From: an uncultured Clostridia bacterium
Lineage (GTDB): Bacteria > Bacillota > Clostridia > Oscillospirales > Acutalibacteraceae
Direction: 5' to 3'
Length of the DNA stretch: 64,000 nt
NCBI GenBank assembly: GCA_944376655.1
Contig: CALWDJ010000001.1
Location: 28,767-92,766, forward strand
Shown here piece by piece: positions 25,548 to 34,971 of this stretch (position 1 is the stretch's first letter; every line of letters begins with the position of its first letter). The notes below the pieces were generated by a model. The model saw only the letters and a list, made by a program, of their open reading frames with translations. It searched no databases and was not told where the DNA came from. The position numbers and the translations under genes were made by a program.

Positions 25548-26144
25548 ATGTCAGCAGTTCAGCTGAAAATTCCGGGTTCCGGCGATACGGTTGCAGTTAT
25601 GCATACAAGCATGGGTGATATAAAGATCCTGCTTTTTCCCGAACGCGCGCCGAAAACGGTAGAAAACTTTGTTATTCATTCAAAAAACGGTTATTATGAC
25701 GGTCTTAAATTTCACCGGGTAATAAATGATTTTATGATACAGGGGGGAGACCCGCGCGGCAACGGTACGGGCGGTGAGTCGATATGGGGCGGCAGCTTTG
25801 GCGATGAGTTTGACGAGCAGCTTCACAACCTGCGCGGAGCGCTTTCGATGGCTAACTCCGGCCCCAATACAAACGGCAGCCAGTTTTTTATTGTTCAGGC
25901 CAAAGAGGTTCCGGCAAATATGCTTGAGCAGATGAAAGAGCTTTCTGACCGCGGATTTCCACAAGATATTGTAAACGCGTACGGTGAAATGGGTGGTACG
26001 CCGTGGCTTGATTTTCGCCATACTGTTTTCGGACAGGTGTTTGAAGGAATGGATACGGTCGACGCTATCGCGTGTGTGAAAACCGTCAACGATGTTCCGT
26101 GCGAAGATGTGATAATAAATTCAATCGAAATAATTGAATATTAA
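25548..26144 (+). CDS. Cyclophilin-type peptidyl-prolyl cis-trans isomerase
   Basis: It has [24 protein letters not shown] and FGQV. I prefer the internal ATG, which has an AAGGAG RBS. Confidence 0.9.
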   Translation: MSAVQLKIPGSGDTVAVMHTSMGDIKILLFPERAPKTVENFVIHSKNGYYDGLKFHRVINDFMIQGGDPRGNGTGGESIWGGSFGDEFDEQLHNLRGALSMANSGPNTNGSQFFIVQAKEVPANMLEQMKELSDRGFPQDIVNAYGEMGGTPWLDFRHTVFGQVFEGMDTVDAIACVKTVNDVPCEDVIINSIEIIEY

Positions 26145-26158
26145 CCGAGGTACTGAAA

Positions 26159-26890
26159 ATGAAATACGGTCTTCAGCTATACAGCATAAGGGATATAACA
26201 CAAAACGATCTCGCGTCTGCAATTAAGAAAACAGCGGAATTAGGATATAAATGTGTTGAATTCGCAGGCTTTTTCGGTCATACTGCAAATGAAATAAATT
26301 CAATGCTTGAAAATTCCGGTCTTGAAATTTCCGGAACACATTCGTCTTTTGACGATCTTGTAAACAATTATGAGGAAACAGTAGCTTATCATAAAGCCAT
26401 AGGAAACAGGCACTATATTATTCCGGGATACGATATTTCCGATCAGAGCAAGCTGGATTATTTTATAGATAACATCAATGTTCTTTACGAAAAACTGAAA
26501 GCCAATGGGATAGAGCTTTCATATCATAATCATGCCGCAGAATTTATTCCGAACAAAGACGGCTCCGTACCGTTTGAGCAGCTTTATTACAGAACCGGAA
26601 TAACATTTGAGATTGATACATATTGGGCGTTTGTAGGAATGAAGGAGCCTCTTTTACTTCTTGACAGGGCAAAGGACAGGGTTACCTTCATACATATAAA
26701 GGACGGTACTCCGGACGGCCACGGTTACCCGCTCGGAATGGGCAGCGCTCCTGTTGCGGCTGTTTACGATTATGCCGTAAAAAATAATATTCCGATGGTG
26801 GTGGAGAGCGAAACCTGCGCTCCGGACGGAATAACCGAAGCAAAGATTTGCATTGATTATTTGAAAAGTCTTGAATGCGGCAAAAGGTGA
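26159..26890 (+). CDS. Sugar phosphate isomerase/epimerase (xylose-isomerase-like TIM barrel)
   Basis: The pattern is YGLQLYS..., G..CVEFAG, HNH, IHIKD, typical of the AP_endonuc_2 fold. Confidence 0.75.
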   Translation: MKYGLQLYSIRDITQNDLASAIKKTAELGYKCVEFAGFFGHTANEINSMLENSGLEISGTHSSFDDLVNNYEETVAYHKAIGNRHYIIPGYDISDQSKLDYFIDNINVLYEKLKANGIELSYHNHAAEFIPNKDGSVPFEQLYYRTGITFEIDTYWAFVGMKEPLLLLDRAKDRVTFIHIKDGTPDGHGYPLGMGSAPVAAVYDYAVKNNIPMVVESETCAPDGITEAKICIDYLKSLECGKR

Positions 26891-27689
26891 TTTTTTTGTG
26901 AAAATTCTTTCGATAGGAAACAGCTTTTCAGAAGACGCAACAGCGTACCTGCATAAAATATCAGAAGCAGGGAACTGTCCGATTGATATCAGCAATTTGT
27001 ATATAGGCGGCTGCAGTCTCCATATGCACGCCTGCAATATAAAGAGCAACGAAAAAAAATACCGTCTTGAGTATAACGGCATATATACCGATAAAACAGT
27101 TTCTGTCAATGAAATGCTTAAGGCGGACAGCTGGGATATAATTACCGTGCAGCAGGCAAGCTGCGATTCGGGTGTTTTGTCATCATACGGTGAAAACGGA
27201 AAATACGTTGTTGATTATATAAGGAATACGGCGCCGCACTCTGAAATATATTTTCACGAGACATGGTCTTATGAGGAAGGAAGCGATCACCCTGCTTTCG
27301 GGAAATACGGCTTTTCAAGTTCCGGTATGTATTCGGCGATAAAAAGCGCCTCTGAAAAATTCTGCTCGGAAAACGGAAATATTCCTATAATACCCTGCGG
27401 AGAGGTTATAAACGAATTGCGCGGGAAGAAAGAGTTCGATGTTCTGTCGGGCGGTGAGCGTCTTTGCCGTGATGGATATCATATGAGCCTGTTCTACGGC
27501 AGATATACCCTCGCGGCGGTATGGTTTGAAATTTTTACAGGCAAAGATATAAGGAAGGTTTCTTTTTTTCCGGATAAGTCTGATATTGTAAACGGCTTTG
27601 AAATACCTGACGGTTTTACGCCGGACGATAAAAAAATAAAACTTATAAAAAACACGGTTCATAATGTTTGTTCTAAATATTTAAAATAA
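26871..27689 (+). CDS. DUF4886-like (SGNH-fold) protein
   Basis: It has ILSIGNSFSEDA and DGYHMS motifs. The true start may be the GTG at 26898. Confidence 0.65.
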   Translation: MNAAKGDFFVKILSIGNSFSEDATAYLHKISEAGNCPIDISNLYIGGCSLHMHACNIKSNEKKYRLEYNGIYTDKTVSVNEMLKADSWDIITVQQASCDSGVLSSYGENGKYVVDYIRNTAPHSEIYFHETWSYEEGSDHPAFGKYGFSSSGMYSAIKSASEKFCSENGNIPIIPCGEVINELRGKKEFDVLSGGERLCRDGYHMSLFYGRYTLAAVWFEIFTGKDIRKVSFFPDKSDIVNGFEIPDGFTPDDKKIKLIKNTVHNVCSKYLK

Positions 27690-27709
27690 AATGAGGAATG
27701 GTGATTATT

Positions 27710-28330
27710 ATGAAAATTCTTTTTCAGGGAGACAGCATTACAGACGCAGGAAGAAATTATGAGGATATACATAATTTAGGCTTTGGCTATCCGAAATACG
27801 CTGCCGAAAATATCAGAGCGGCGTTCCCCGATACGGATTTTGAGTTTGTAAATCTCGGAATCAGCGGTAATCAGACCAAGGATCTTGTAGCAAGGCTTCA
27901 GAACGATTTTGTTGACGTTCAGCCCGATATAGTTTCAATACTTATCGGCATAAACGATGTATGGCACCACGCAGACGACCGCTCATGGATAGACAATGAG
28001 CTTTTTGAAAGCAATTACCGCACTGTTTTAACCGCGATAAAGGAAAAAACAAACGCTAAAATACTTATGATGGAGCCTTTCCTTATTCCTGTTGAGGATA
28101 AAAAATTCTTCTGGGAGGATCTTATGCCCAAGATTCTCATAATACGCAGTCTCGCAAGGGAATTTGCAGATGTATATCTTCCGACCGACGGTCTGCTCAA
28201 CGCAGAGTTTATAGGGAACAACCCTACGGACTACGCGGCTGACGGCGTTCATCCCACCGAAACCGGCGCGAAATTCATAGGAAAGGAATACGCAAAAGCG
28301 ATAGCTCCGATTATTGAGTCTTTAAAATAA
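27710..28330 (+). CDS. SGNH/GDSL hydrolase
   Basis: Block I is FQGDSITDAGR, block III is IGINDVW and block V is DGVHPT. Confidence 0.85.
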   Translation: MKILFQGDSITDAGRNYEDIHNLGFGYPKYAAENIRAAFPDTDFEFVNLGISGNQTKDLVARLQNDFVDVQPDIVSILIGINDVWHHADDRSWIDNELFESNYRTVLTAIKEKTNAKILMMEPFLIPVEDKKFFWEDLMPKILIIRSLAREFADVYLPTDGLLNAEFIGNNPTDYAADGVHPTETGAKFIGKEYAKAIAPIIESLK

Positions 28331-28349
28331 AATATTTTAACCGCGATAA

Positions 28350-28526
28350 AGCGGCTTGTTATATGAATTGTTAGGCACATCGCAGTACGATATTACAATG
28401 GATCTTTATTCGGCTTTAGTCAGAAATACGGGAGTAATGATGATTACGGCTCCTCTGCTTATTGTGTTTTTAGTGGCACAGAATTTCTTTGTTGACAGTA
28501 TAGAACGAAGCGGAATTGTCGGATGA
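28350..28526 (+). pseudogene. Relic of the C-terminus of a carbohydrate ABC transporter permease
   Basis: A 58-codon open frame with no start ends ...GVMMITAPLLIVFLVAQNFFVDSIERSGIVG*. This matches the last TM and tail pattern of MalF/G-type permeases. Confidence 0.45.
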
Positions 28527-28539
28527 TGGAGTGTTTTAA

Positions 28540-31119
28540 TTGGAAAATATATTTGAAAATCTTTTGAATGATAGGATTGGGGATTATATAATTCCCTTCT
28601 TTTGGCAACGTCACGAAGATGAAAAGACAATTCGTGAATATATGAGAAAAATAAGAGAATGCGGTATAAAACAGGTCTGCCTTGAAAGCAGGCCTCATCC
28701 CGATTTTTGCGGTCCCGATTGGTGGCACGATACTGACATTATATTTGATGAAGCAGATAAGCTTAATATGCGCGTCTGGATATTGGACGATAAAGAATAT
28801 CCTACAGGCAGCGCTAACGGCAAAGGGGCGGAATTGCCTTTGCATTTAAAGAAAAGCTTTCTCTGCCTCAAGCAGTTTGACGCCACAGGTCCTAAAGAGA
28901 GGGCTTGCTTTGTTTTAGAACCGTATCCGTCGGAAGAGCAGCTTAAAATTGTTTCCGCAGTTGCAATTTCCACCGAAATTAAAGACGGAGAGGCGGTTTT
29001 AACCGATAAAATAACAGATATTTCCTCATATATATGCAAGGACAGAATTTACTGGAATGTACCTAAGGGTACATGGAAAATATGTATTGTTGAAGAAAGA
29101 ATCGGAGATCTGAACGACCGTCTTGATACGCAGATTAACCCAATAACGGCGGAATCAACCGAGCTTTTAATAAAAGAAGTATATGAAAAGCATTACGGGA
29201 AGTATAAAGAGCGTTTCGGCAAGAGCTTTGCAGGTTTTTTCTCGGACGAGCCCGGATTTTACAATCTTACCGGCTTTAACGGTAAGCTGGGCGCAGACCC
29301 TTGTGTTCGTTTGCCGTGGGGAATTGATATGCCCGCGGAAATGGAAAGGGAAGAAGGTAAAGACTGGCGTTTAAATCTTCCGTTTTTATGGCTGGATTTA
29401 AAACAAAGAGCTTCAAGAGTAAGATATGACTATATGAACTCTTTAACAAAGCTTTATGAAAAGAACTTTTCGCGCAAAATCGGGGATTGGTGCAAAAAGC
29501 ATAATGTTGAGTATATAGGTCATATAGTTGAAGATAACAATACCCATTCGAGACTTGCAATCGGAGCAGGTCATTATTTTCGTGCCTTGGCAGGTCAGGA
29601 TATGGCGGGGGTAGATGTTGTGCTTAATCAGCTTATTCCGGACCTTGATTATAAAATTAAAAATTTTTGCGAATGGGACGGAGAATTTTTCCATTACGCT
29701 TTGGCTAAATTGGGCTCTTCTCTGGCAAGAACAGACGCAAAAAAGCAAAACCGCGCACTCTGTGAGATATTCGGCGCTTACGGATGGCATGAGGGACTTA
29801 AGTTAATGAAATGGCTTGCAGATCATATGTTGGTTAGGGGAATCAACTACTTTGTTCCCCACGCCTTTTCAATGGCTGAATTTCCGGACGAGGACTGTCC
29901 TCCTCATTTTTATGCACACGGAAATAATCCGCAGTTTCCTTATTTCGGCAAACTTGTCGCTTATATGAATCGCATGTCGTATTTAAGCTTGTCGGGAAAG
30001 CCGAAAATAAAAATTGCCGTTTTGTATCACGCCGAGTCGGAATGGTGCGGAGACTCTATGCTTTTACAAAAGCCTGCCAAAGAATTCACGCAGAGTCAGA
30101 TAGATTTTGACATCATATCTGCCGACTGTCTTGCCTTATGTGAAAGCAATACGCCGTTAACCGTTAACGGTAACAAATACGAGATATTGATAATACCCTT
30201 TGCTGAAATTTTGCCCCTTGAGATTGCTGAAAGAATTGCGGCATCTGCCGTTAATACAAGGGTAATTTTCATAAATTCTCTGCCAAAGGAAATTTTAGGC
30301 GATAGGGATAAAACAGTTCTTAAAAGGCTTAGCACTGCCACAGAGACGGTTCCGCTTGAGGAACTGGCAGAGCTGCTTCACGATGGTTACAGCAGTATAC
30401 GGCTGTCAAATAATCAAAAATCTCTCCGATGCCGTCGCACAGAAACTGAAACCGCGGATATTTATTTTTTGTTCAATGAATCGTCCGTCCAGCCGATAGA
30501 TACTTCTGTATTATTTGAAGGTATGGACTCCGTTTACCGTTATGACGCAATGGACAATCGGTTTTATGAGACTGAAACTCAGAATGTTGACGGAAATACG
30601 GTTTTAAAGCTTAAACTGGCACCGTACGAAGCATGTGTATTGATTAACGGAAACGTTAAAATAAAAGCCGAGGTATTGGCACCGGAAAAATTAAGGTCAA
30701 TACCGATTGATACGGTCTTTGATGTGTCAATGTGTGAATATAACCGCAACAGCTATAAAAAGTGGGGTATATGCTCGGTTTTACCTGATATGTCGTCTCC
30801 TGATACTTTCCCGTATTTCAGCGGAACATTTTGCTATGAAACAGATATTCAAAACGTTTTAGGGGCTAAGAAGATGTATCTTGATTTGGGAAAGGCATAT
30901 GAAACGGTAAGGCTTGTAATAAATGATAATGAAGTTGGAGTTTTAATTTCTCCGCCGTATATTTTTGATATAAAAAAGCATATGAAAAGCGGAAGCAATC
31001 ATATATCGGTTTATGTCACAAACACACTTTCCAAAGCGATATATGACCCTTTTTCGGCCGATGTTCAGCAGGAGCCTTCGGGACTTATGGGACCTATACG
31101 ATTACTGATTGAGGAATGA
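28540..31119 (+). CDS. Large glycoside-hydrolase-like protein (859 aa), family not determined
   Basis: It is cytoplasmic and has a TTG start with a GGAG RBS. The N-terminal barrel-like region (FFWQRHED...VWILDDKEYPTG) and the C-terminal jelly-roll-like region recall uncharacterised GH-like proteins. Confidence 0.55.
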   Translation: MENIFENLLNDRIGDYIIPFFWQRHEDEKTIREYMRKIRECGIKQVCLESRPHPDFCGPDWWHDTDIIFDEADKLNMRVWILDDKEYPTGSANGKGAELPLHLKKSFLCLKQFDATGPKERACFVLEPYPSEEQLKIVSAVAISTEIKDGEAVLTDKITDISSYICKDRIYWNVPKGTWKICIVEERIGDLNDRLDTQINPITAESTELLIKEVYEKHYGKYKERFGKSFAGFFSDEPGFYNLTGFNGKLGADPCVRLPWGIDMPAEMEREEGKDWRLNLPFLWLDLKQRASRVRYDYMNSLTKLYEKNFSRKIGDWCKKHNVEYIGHIVEDNNTHSRLAIGAGHYFRALAGQDMAGVDVVLNQLIPDLDYKIKNFCEWDGEFFHYALAKLGSSLARTDAKKQNRALCEIFGAYGWHEGLKLMKWLADHMLVRGINYFVPHAFSMAEFPDEDCPPHFYAHGNNPQFPYFGKLVAYMNRMSYLSLSGKPKIKIAVLYHAESEWCGDSMLLQKPAKEFTQSQIDFDIISADCLALCESNTPLTVNGNKYEILIIPFAEILPLEIAERIAASAVNTRVIFINSLPKEILGDRDKTVLKRLSTATETVPLEELAELLHDGYSSIRLSNNQKSLRCRRTETETADIYFLFNESSVQPIDTSVLFEGMDSVYRYDAMDNRFYETETQNVDGNTVLKLKLAPYEACVLINGNVKIKAEVLAPEKLRSIPIDTVFDVSMCEYNRNSYKKWGICSVLPDMSSPDTFPYFSGTFCYETDIQNVLGAKKMYLDLGKAYETVRLVINDNEVGVLISPPYIFDIKKHMKSGSNHISVYVTNTLSKAIYDPFSADVQQEPSGLMGPIRLLIEE

Positions 31120-31123
31120 AATT

Positions 31124-31591
31124 ATGAATGAATGTGAATTTAAGATACGGGGCGAGCTGGCATACAGACTTTTGCTGAATTATAATATGCTTGAGAGCTA
31201 CCGCTACCGCCCCGAATATATTTTTACCGCTGACCAAGCCGGCTGGGACGCTGATTGGGAAGGAAGAACGATTCTGGCTCTTGTCCGACTCTATGAATCC
31301 ACAAAACGTGAGCCGGCGTTTTTGGAGAGGATTATCGACGCTCTTGAGGAGCATATTAACAGTAAAGGGTACCTCGGAGAAATTCTGCCCGAAGGGGAAT
31401 TCAGCGAACAGCAGTTATCAGGTCATAACTGGCTTTTAAGCGGACTTATTGAATATTACCTGATTAATAGTGACAAACGTATATTAGGCAGGATAAACGC
31501 AATAATTGATATATCGCAACTTTTTTTATTGCTTCGCCTTTATGGGCGGAGCTTTTTGTTTTTGAATGTTTTTTGTGCTGACTGTCCATAA
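31124..31591 (+). pseudogene. N-terminal fragment of an (alpha/alpha)6-barrel glycoside-hydrolase-like gene (GH127/DUF1680-like)
   Basis: About 130 aa look protein-like (WEGRTILALVRLYE...GHNWLLSGLIEYY). The frame then runs through a terminator hairpin into low-complexity sequence. Confidence 0.45.
31531..31564 (+). terminator. Rho-independent terminator inside the truncated ORF
   Basis: GCTTCGCC-TTTATG-GGCGGAGC (one G-U pair), followed by TTTTTGTTTTTG. Confidence 0.6.
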
Positions 31592-31609
31592 TAAAATCAG
31601 GGTGATCAG

Positions 31610-32215
31610 ATGAAAAAAGCAAAAAGCGTTATTAAGTTTCTGTTGTTTTACGCGGCGTGTTTCATGGTGTTTGTTTCGGCGGGATATCTGTATTTAAGTA
31701 AAGAAATAAGTCCTGCCGAAAACAGCGTTTCAGATGTGCCGTATACGTTCCCCGAACCGTCGGGAAAGGGAATAATGTTCGACATATGCGGCGATAAGAC
31801 TTTCGCGTATTTTGACTTTGAAGGCAAAAAGCTCAAAATCATCATACCGCCGTATGATGATTTTTCCGACAAAATATACGGGTACAGCATCGATTTTTGC
31901 GTTGAAACCGATTATTCCTTTGTTGCGGCGCTTGTGGATTACGCCGGAGGCATTGAATTAGGAGATGACGAAGGCAAAACTGAAAGATACACGGGAGTGC
32001 AGATATCCGAGCTTTTGTCCAGAACAGTGGAAACCGAAGAACTGAGGAGAGAGATAATAACCGCGATTATGAAAAAAATATCGGACACCGGTATTGATGA
32101 CGGGATCTTTTCTTATACTGTGGAAAAGACCGAGACCAATTTGACGGTGCCCGATTGCTACAACTGGAATAAATATATTAAAGAATTATGCAAAAACGGT
32201 GAAATAATAAACTGA
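31610..32215 (+). CDS. Membrane-anchored hypothetical protein (201 aa)
   Basis: It has an N-terminal TM (FLLFYAACFMVFVSAGYLY). There is a weak LCP-like stretch, ALVDYAGGIEL...YTGVQISELL. No confident family. Confidence 0.5.
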   Translation: MKKAKSVIKFLLFYAACFMVFVSAGYLYLSKEISPAENSVSDVPYTFPEPSGKGIMFDICGDKTFAYFDFEGKKLKIIIPPYDDFSDKIYGYSIDFCVETDYSFVAALVDYAGGIELGDDEGKTERYTGVQISELLSRTVETEELRREIITAIMKKISDTGIDDGIFSYTVEKTETNLTVPDCYNWNKYIKELCKNGEIIN

Positions 32216-32219
32216 AAAA

Positions 32220-34823
32220 TTATTCGGTTCTGAGCGCTGTTACCGGATCACGCTTCGCGGCTACTCTTGACGGGAATATCCCCGCTACAAGTGTCAGAAG
32301 CATACTGATAACAACAAGAATAATGCCGCCGACCACCGGCAGAGCCGCCAGTCCGGAAATATCCGTAATAAGCTCGATTATCGCGTTAATCGGTATGAGC
32401 AGCAGCAGGGTGACAAGAATACCTATCGCTCCGGCGACAAATCCGACAATAAGCGTTTCGGCGTTGAAAACACGGGAGACATCACGCTTTGAAGCGCCCA
32501 TCGCTCTGAGAATACCGATTTCTTTCGTGCGTTCAAGCACGGAAATATATGTGATAATTCCTATCATTATAGACGATACAATGAGCGATATGCTTACAAA
32601 CGCGATAAGAATATAGCTTATGGCATTGATGATCATAGTTACTGAGGAAAGCATCAGACCGATATAGTCGGTATAGGTTATTTTATCGCTTTCGTCAGCG
32701 GAGGCGTTGTATTCGTCGATAAGTGCGGAAATATTTTCTTTTGCTTCAAAACTGTTAGGATAAATATTTATGACCGAAGGTTCATTCAGGTCGGAAACAC
32801 CCATAAGGCTGAGGTTATCCGAATAAGTCGCTGAGTCACTCTGTCCTTTAATTGCAGAATTAAATCGCTCGGTTATTTCTTCTTCGGTCATTCCCGAGGA
32901 CTGCATCTGCTGGATATACGCAGAATATTCAGCCTGTTCCTCCTGCGGGAGGGATGAAATATATTCGGTAATCTGCTCAAATGACATTTCTGTTTCATCG
33001 GTCGTAAAGGGAAGTCCGGTAAAAACATTTACGTCGGGATTTTCTTTTTGTGTTTTGACAATCTCACTGTCGTTAACCTGGTTTATGAGATGCTCCATCA
33101 GCTCGCTCGTATATCCGACAAATCCGCTTGTACCTGTGCTCAAGGAGTCTTCCGACGGACGGAGTATTCCCACGACGCTTATCTGTAAGGCGTCAGAGAG
33201 CTTTGACTGTACATACAGTTCGTCGTCTGTCTTGTCGACCCATAATCCGTCAGCCTTTTTCTCAAAGTAGTCTGTGTTGCAAAGAAGGCGGAATTTGAGA
33301 TTAAGTATATCATCATAAGAATACGATACCTGCTCCGTCGGCTCGATTTTTTCGCCGTTCATGGCTTTTTGCATCATTTCCTCAAGCTCTTTTGAGTCCT
33401 TGAGACCTAAGGAATAAAGCGTATAATCGCTTATGCGGTTGTTTTTATCTACTACAAGTACGATTTCGTCATAGCTTTCAGGAAAGCGGCCGGCTACAAC
33501 TTCATACTGCTTCTCAAGAAACTCTTTATTGTCAAAAAGCCTGTTCCAGACTTCCGTATTTGAAAACGCTGAAGCCGTTTGATAGGAAGACGATGCCGAA
33601 TCCTCGCCGAATAACGTGGAAAAAACGGTGTTTGGATTTACTTTGTCGCCTTTTTCGTCATAAATATTCATAACGGTTGAATATTTATATTCTATCTCGC
33701 TTGAGTTTTCGTCAAAGGCATCAGTTTCCTCTATATGCTTTTTGAGCAGCGCGAGATTGTTGGAGGAGAGACCGTTTACCATGGTTGACATCATTTCGGT
33801 CATAATATTATTGCTGTATATCCTGTCAGGCTCGGTTTCTTCCACAACCTCGTGTTCGTCCATAAGGTCGGAAACAAGGCTGCTGATGTCCATGCCTGTT
33901 TTCTCAATCGAAATCGGATAGCTCGCAAGAGTGTTTTCCTCAACATTTTTAATGTACGCGTTTACTCCGCTTGACAGGGACAAAATAAGCGCTATACCTA
34001 TTATGCCTATTGAACCGGCAAAAGAAGTAAGAAAGGTACGGGCTTTTTTGGTCATCAGGTTGTTAAGCGAAAGGGAAAGGGCGGTAAGGAATGACATAGA
34101 TGGTCTTTTTTCCGACTTCTTTTCCTCGCACTCATCGTTTTCCGAAGAATAAGGCATTGTGTCGTCTATAATTTTACCGTCTAGCAGCCTTACAATTCTG
34201 GTTGAATATTTTTCGGCAAGCTCCGGATTGTGCGTAACCATTATGACAAGCCTGTCTTTGGCGATTTCCTTGAGGAGATCCATTATCTGTACGGATGTTT
34301 CGCTGTCAAGAGCTCCGGTCGGTTCGTCCGCAAGCAGAATTTCAGGATTGTTGACAAGCGCGCGGGCTATCGCGACCCTCTGCATTTGTCCGCCAGACAT
34401 CTCATTCGGGCGCTTGTTTTTCTGATCGCTCAGTCCCACCTTATCAAGCGCTTCGGACGCGCGTCGGCGCCTTTCCGCTTTTGAGACGCCTGAAAGCGTA
34501 AGCGCGAGCTCAACATTTGACAGCACACTCTGGTGCGGTATCAGGTTGTAGCTTTGAAAAATAAAGCCTATCGAGTGATTCCTGTAATTGTCCCAATCCC
34601 TGTCTTTAAAAAGTTTTGTGGATTTTCCGTTGATTATAAGGTCGCCTTCGGTGTATTTGTCAAGTCCGCCGATAATATTCAAAAGTGTGGTTTTGCCGCA
34701 TCCGGACTGACCGAGAACAGAAACGAATTCATTTTTCCTGAATTCAATGCTTACACCGTTAAGCGCCTCAACCGTAGTGCTTCCGGCGTAATAGTTTTTC
34801 CTGATATTAAGAAGTTTTAACAT
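32220..34823 (-). CDS. Fused ABC transporter ATPase + FtsX/MacB-type permease with a very large extracytoplasmic domain
   Basis: The ATPase motifs are Walker A GQSGCGKTT, signature MSGGQMQR and Walker B LLADEPT. The four TMs surround a ~430-aa loop, and there is a C-terminal FtsX-like region. Confidence 0.88.
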   Translation of the reverse strand: MLKLLNIRKNYYAGSTTVEALNGVSIEFRKNEFVSVLGQSGCGKTTLLNIIGGLDKYTEGDLIINGKSTKLFKDRDWDNYRNHSIGFIFQSYNLIPHQSVLSNVELALTLSGVSKAERRRRASEALDKVGLSDQKNKRPNEMSGGQMQRVAIARALVNNPEILLADEPTGALDSETSVQIMDLLKEIAKDRLVIMVTHNPELAEKYSTRIVRLLDGKIIDDTMPYSSENDECEEKKSEKRPSMSFLTALSLSLNNLMTKKARTFLTSFAGSIGIIGIALILSLSSGVNAYIKNVEENTLASYPISIEKTGMDISSLVSDLMDEHEVVEETEPDRIYSNNIMTEMMSTMVNGLSSNNLALLKKHIEETDAFDENSSEIEYKYSTVMNIYDEKGDKVNPNTVFSTLFGEDSASSSYQTASAFSNTEVWNRLFDNKEFLEKQYEVVAGRFPESYDEIVLVVDKNNRISDYTLYSLGLKDSKELEEMMQKAMNGEKIEPTEQVSYSYDDILNLKFRLLCNTDYFEKKADGLWVDKTDDELYVQSKLSDALQISVVGILRPSEDSLSTGTSGFVGYTSELMEHLINQVNDSEIVKTQKENPDVNVFTGLPFTTDETEMSFEQITEYISSLPQEEQAEYSAYIQQMQSSGMTEEEITERFNSAIKGQSDSATYSDNLSLMGVSDLNEPSVINIYPNSFEAKENISALIDEYNASADESDKITYTDYIGLMLSSVTMIINAISYILIAFVSISLIVSSIMIGIITYISVLERTKEIGILRAMGASKRDVSRVFNAETLIVGFVAGAIGILVTLLLLIPINAIIELITDISGLAALPVVGGIILVVISMLLTLVAGIFPSRVAAKRDPVTALRTE

Positions 34824-34895
34824 TTATTTCCCTCGCTTTGCTCTAAAAATTATAATTGCATTTTTTAAATAAAATATGAATGCTTTAAAAAATAT

Positions 34896-34924
34896 TTGCT
34901 AAATAATGGTGCCGGTGTTATAAT
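34896..34924 (+). promoter_or_regulatory. Sigma-A promoter for the PBP1A gene
   Basis: TTGCTA-17 nt-TATAAT, with TGT extended -10. Confidence 0.55.
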
Positions 34925-34971
34925 CAATTATATATGCGGTGTCAAATATCCTGAAAGAAAGGACTGGTTTT

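Noticed and set aside
31109-31591. The 160-aa ORF as an intact gene.
   Set aside because: The last ~25 codons run through a terminator hairpin and a T-run and look non-coding. The protein-like part is only the N-terminal fraction of a much larger fold, so I call it a pseudogene fragment.
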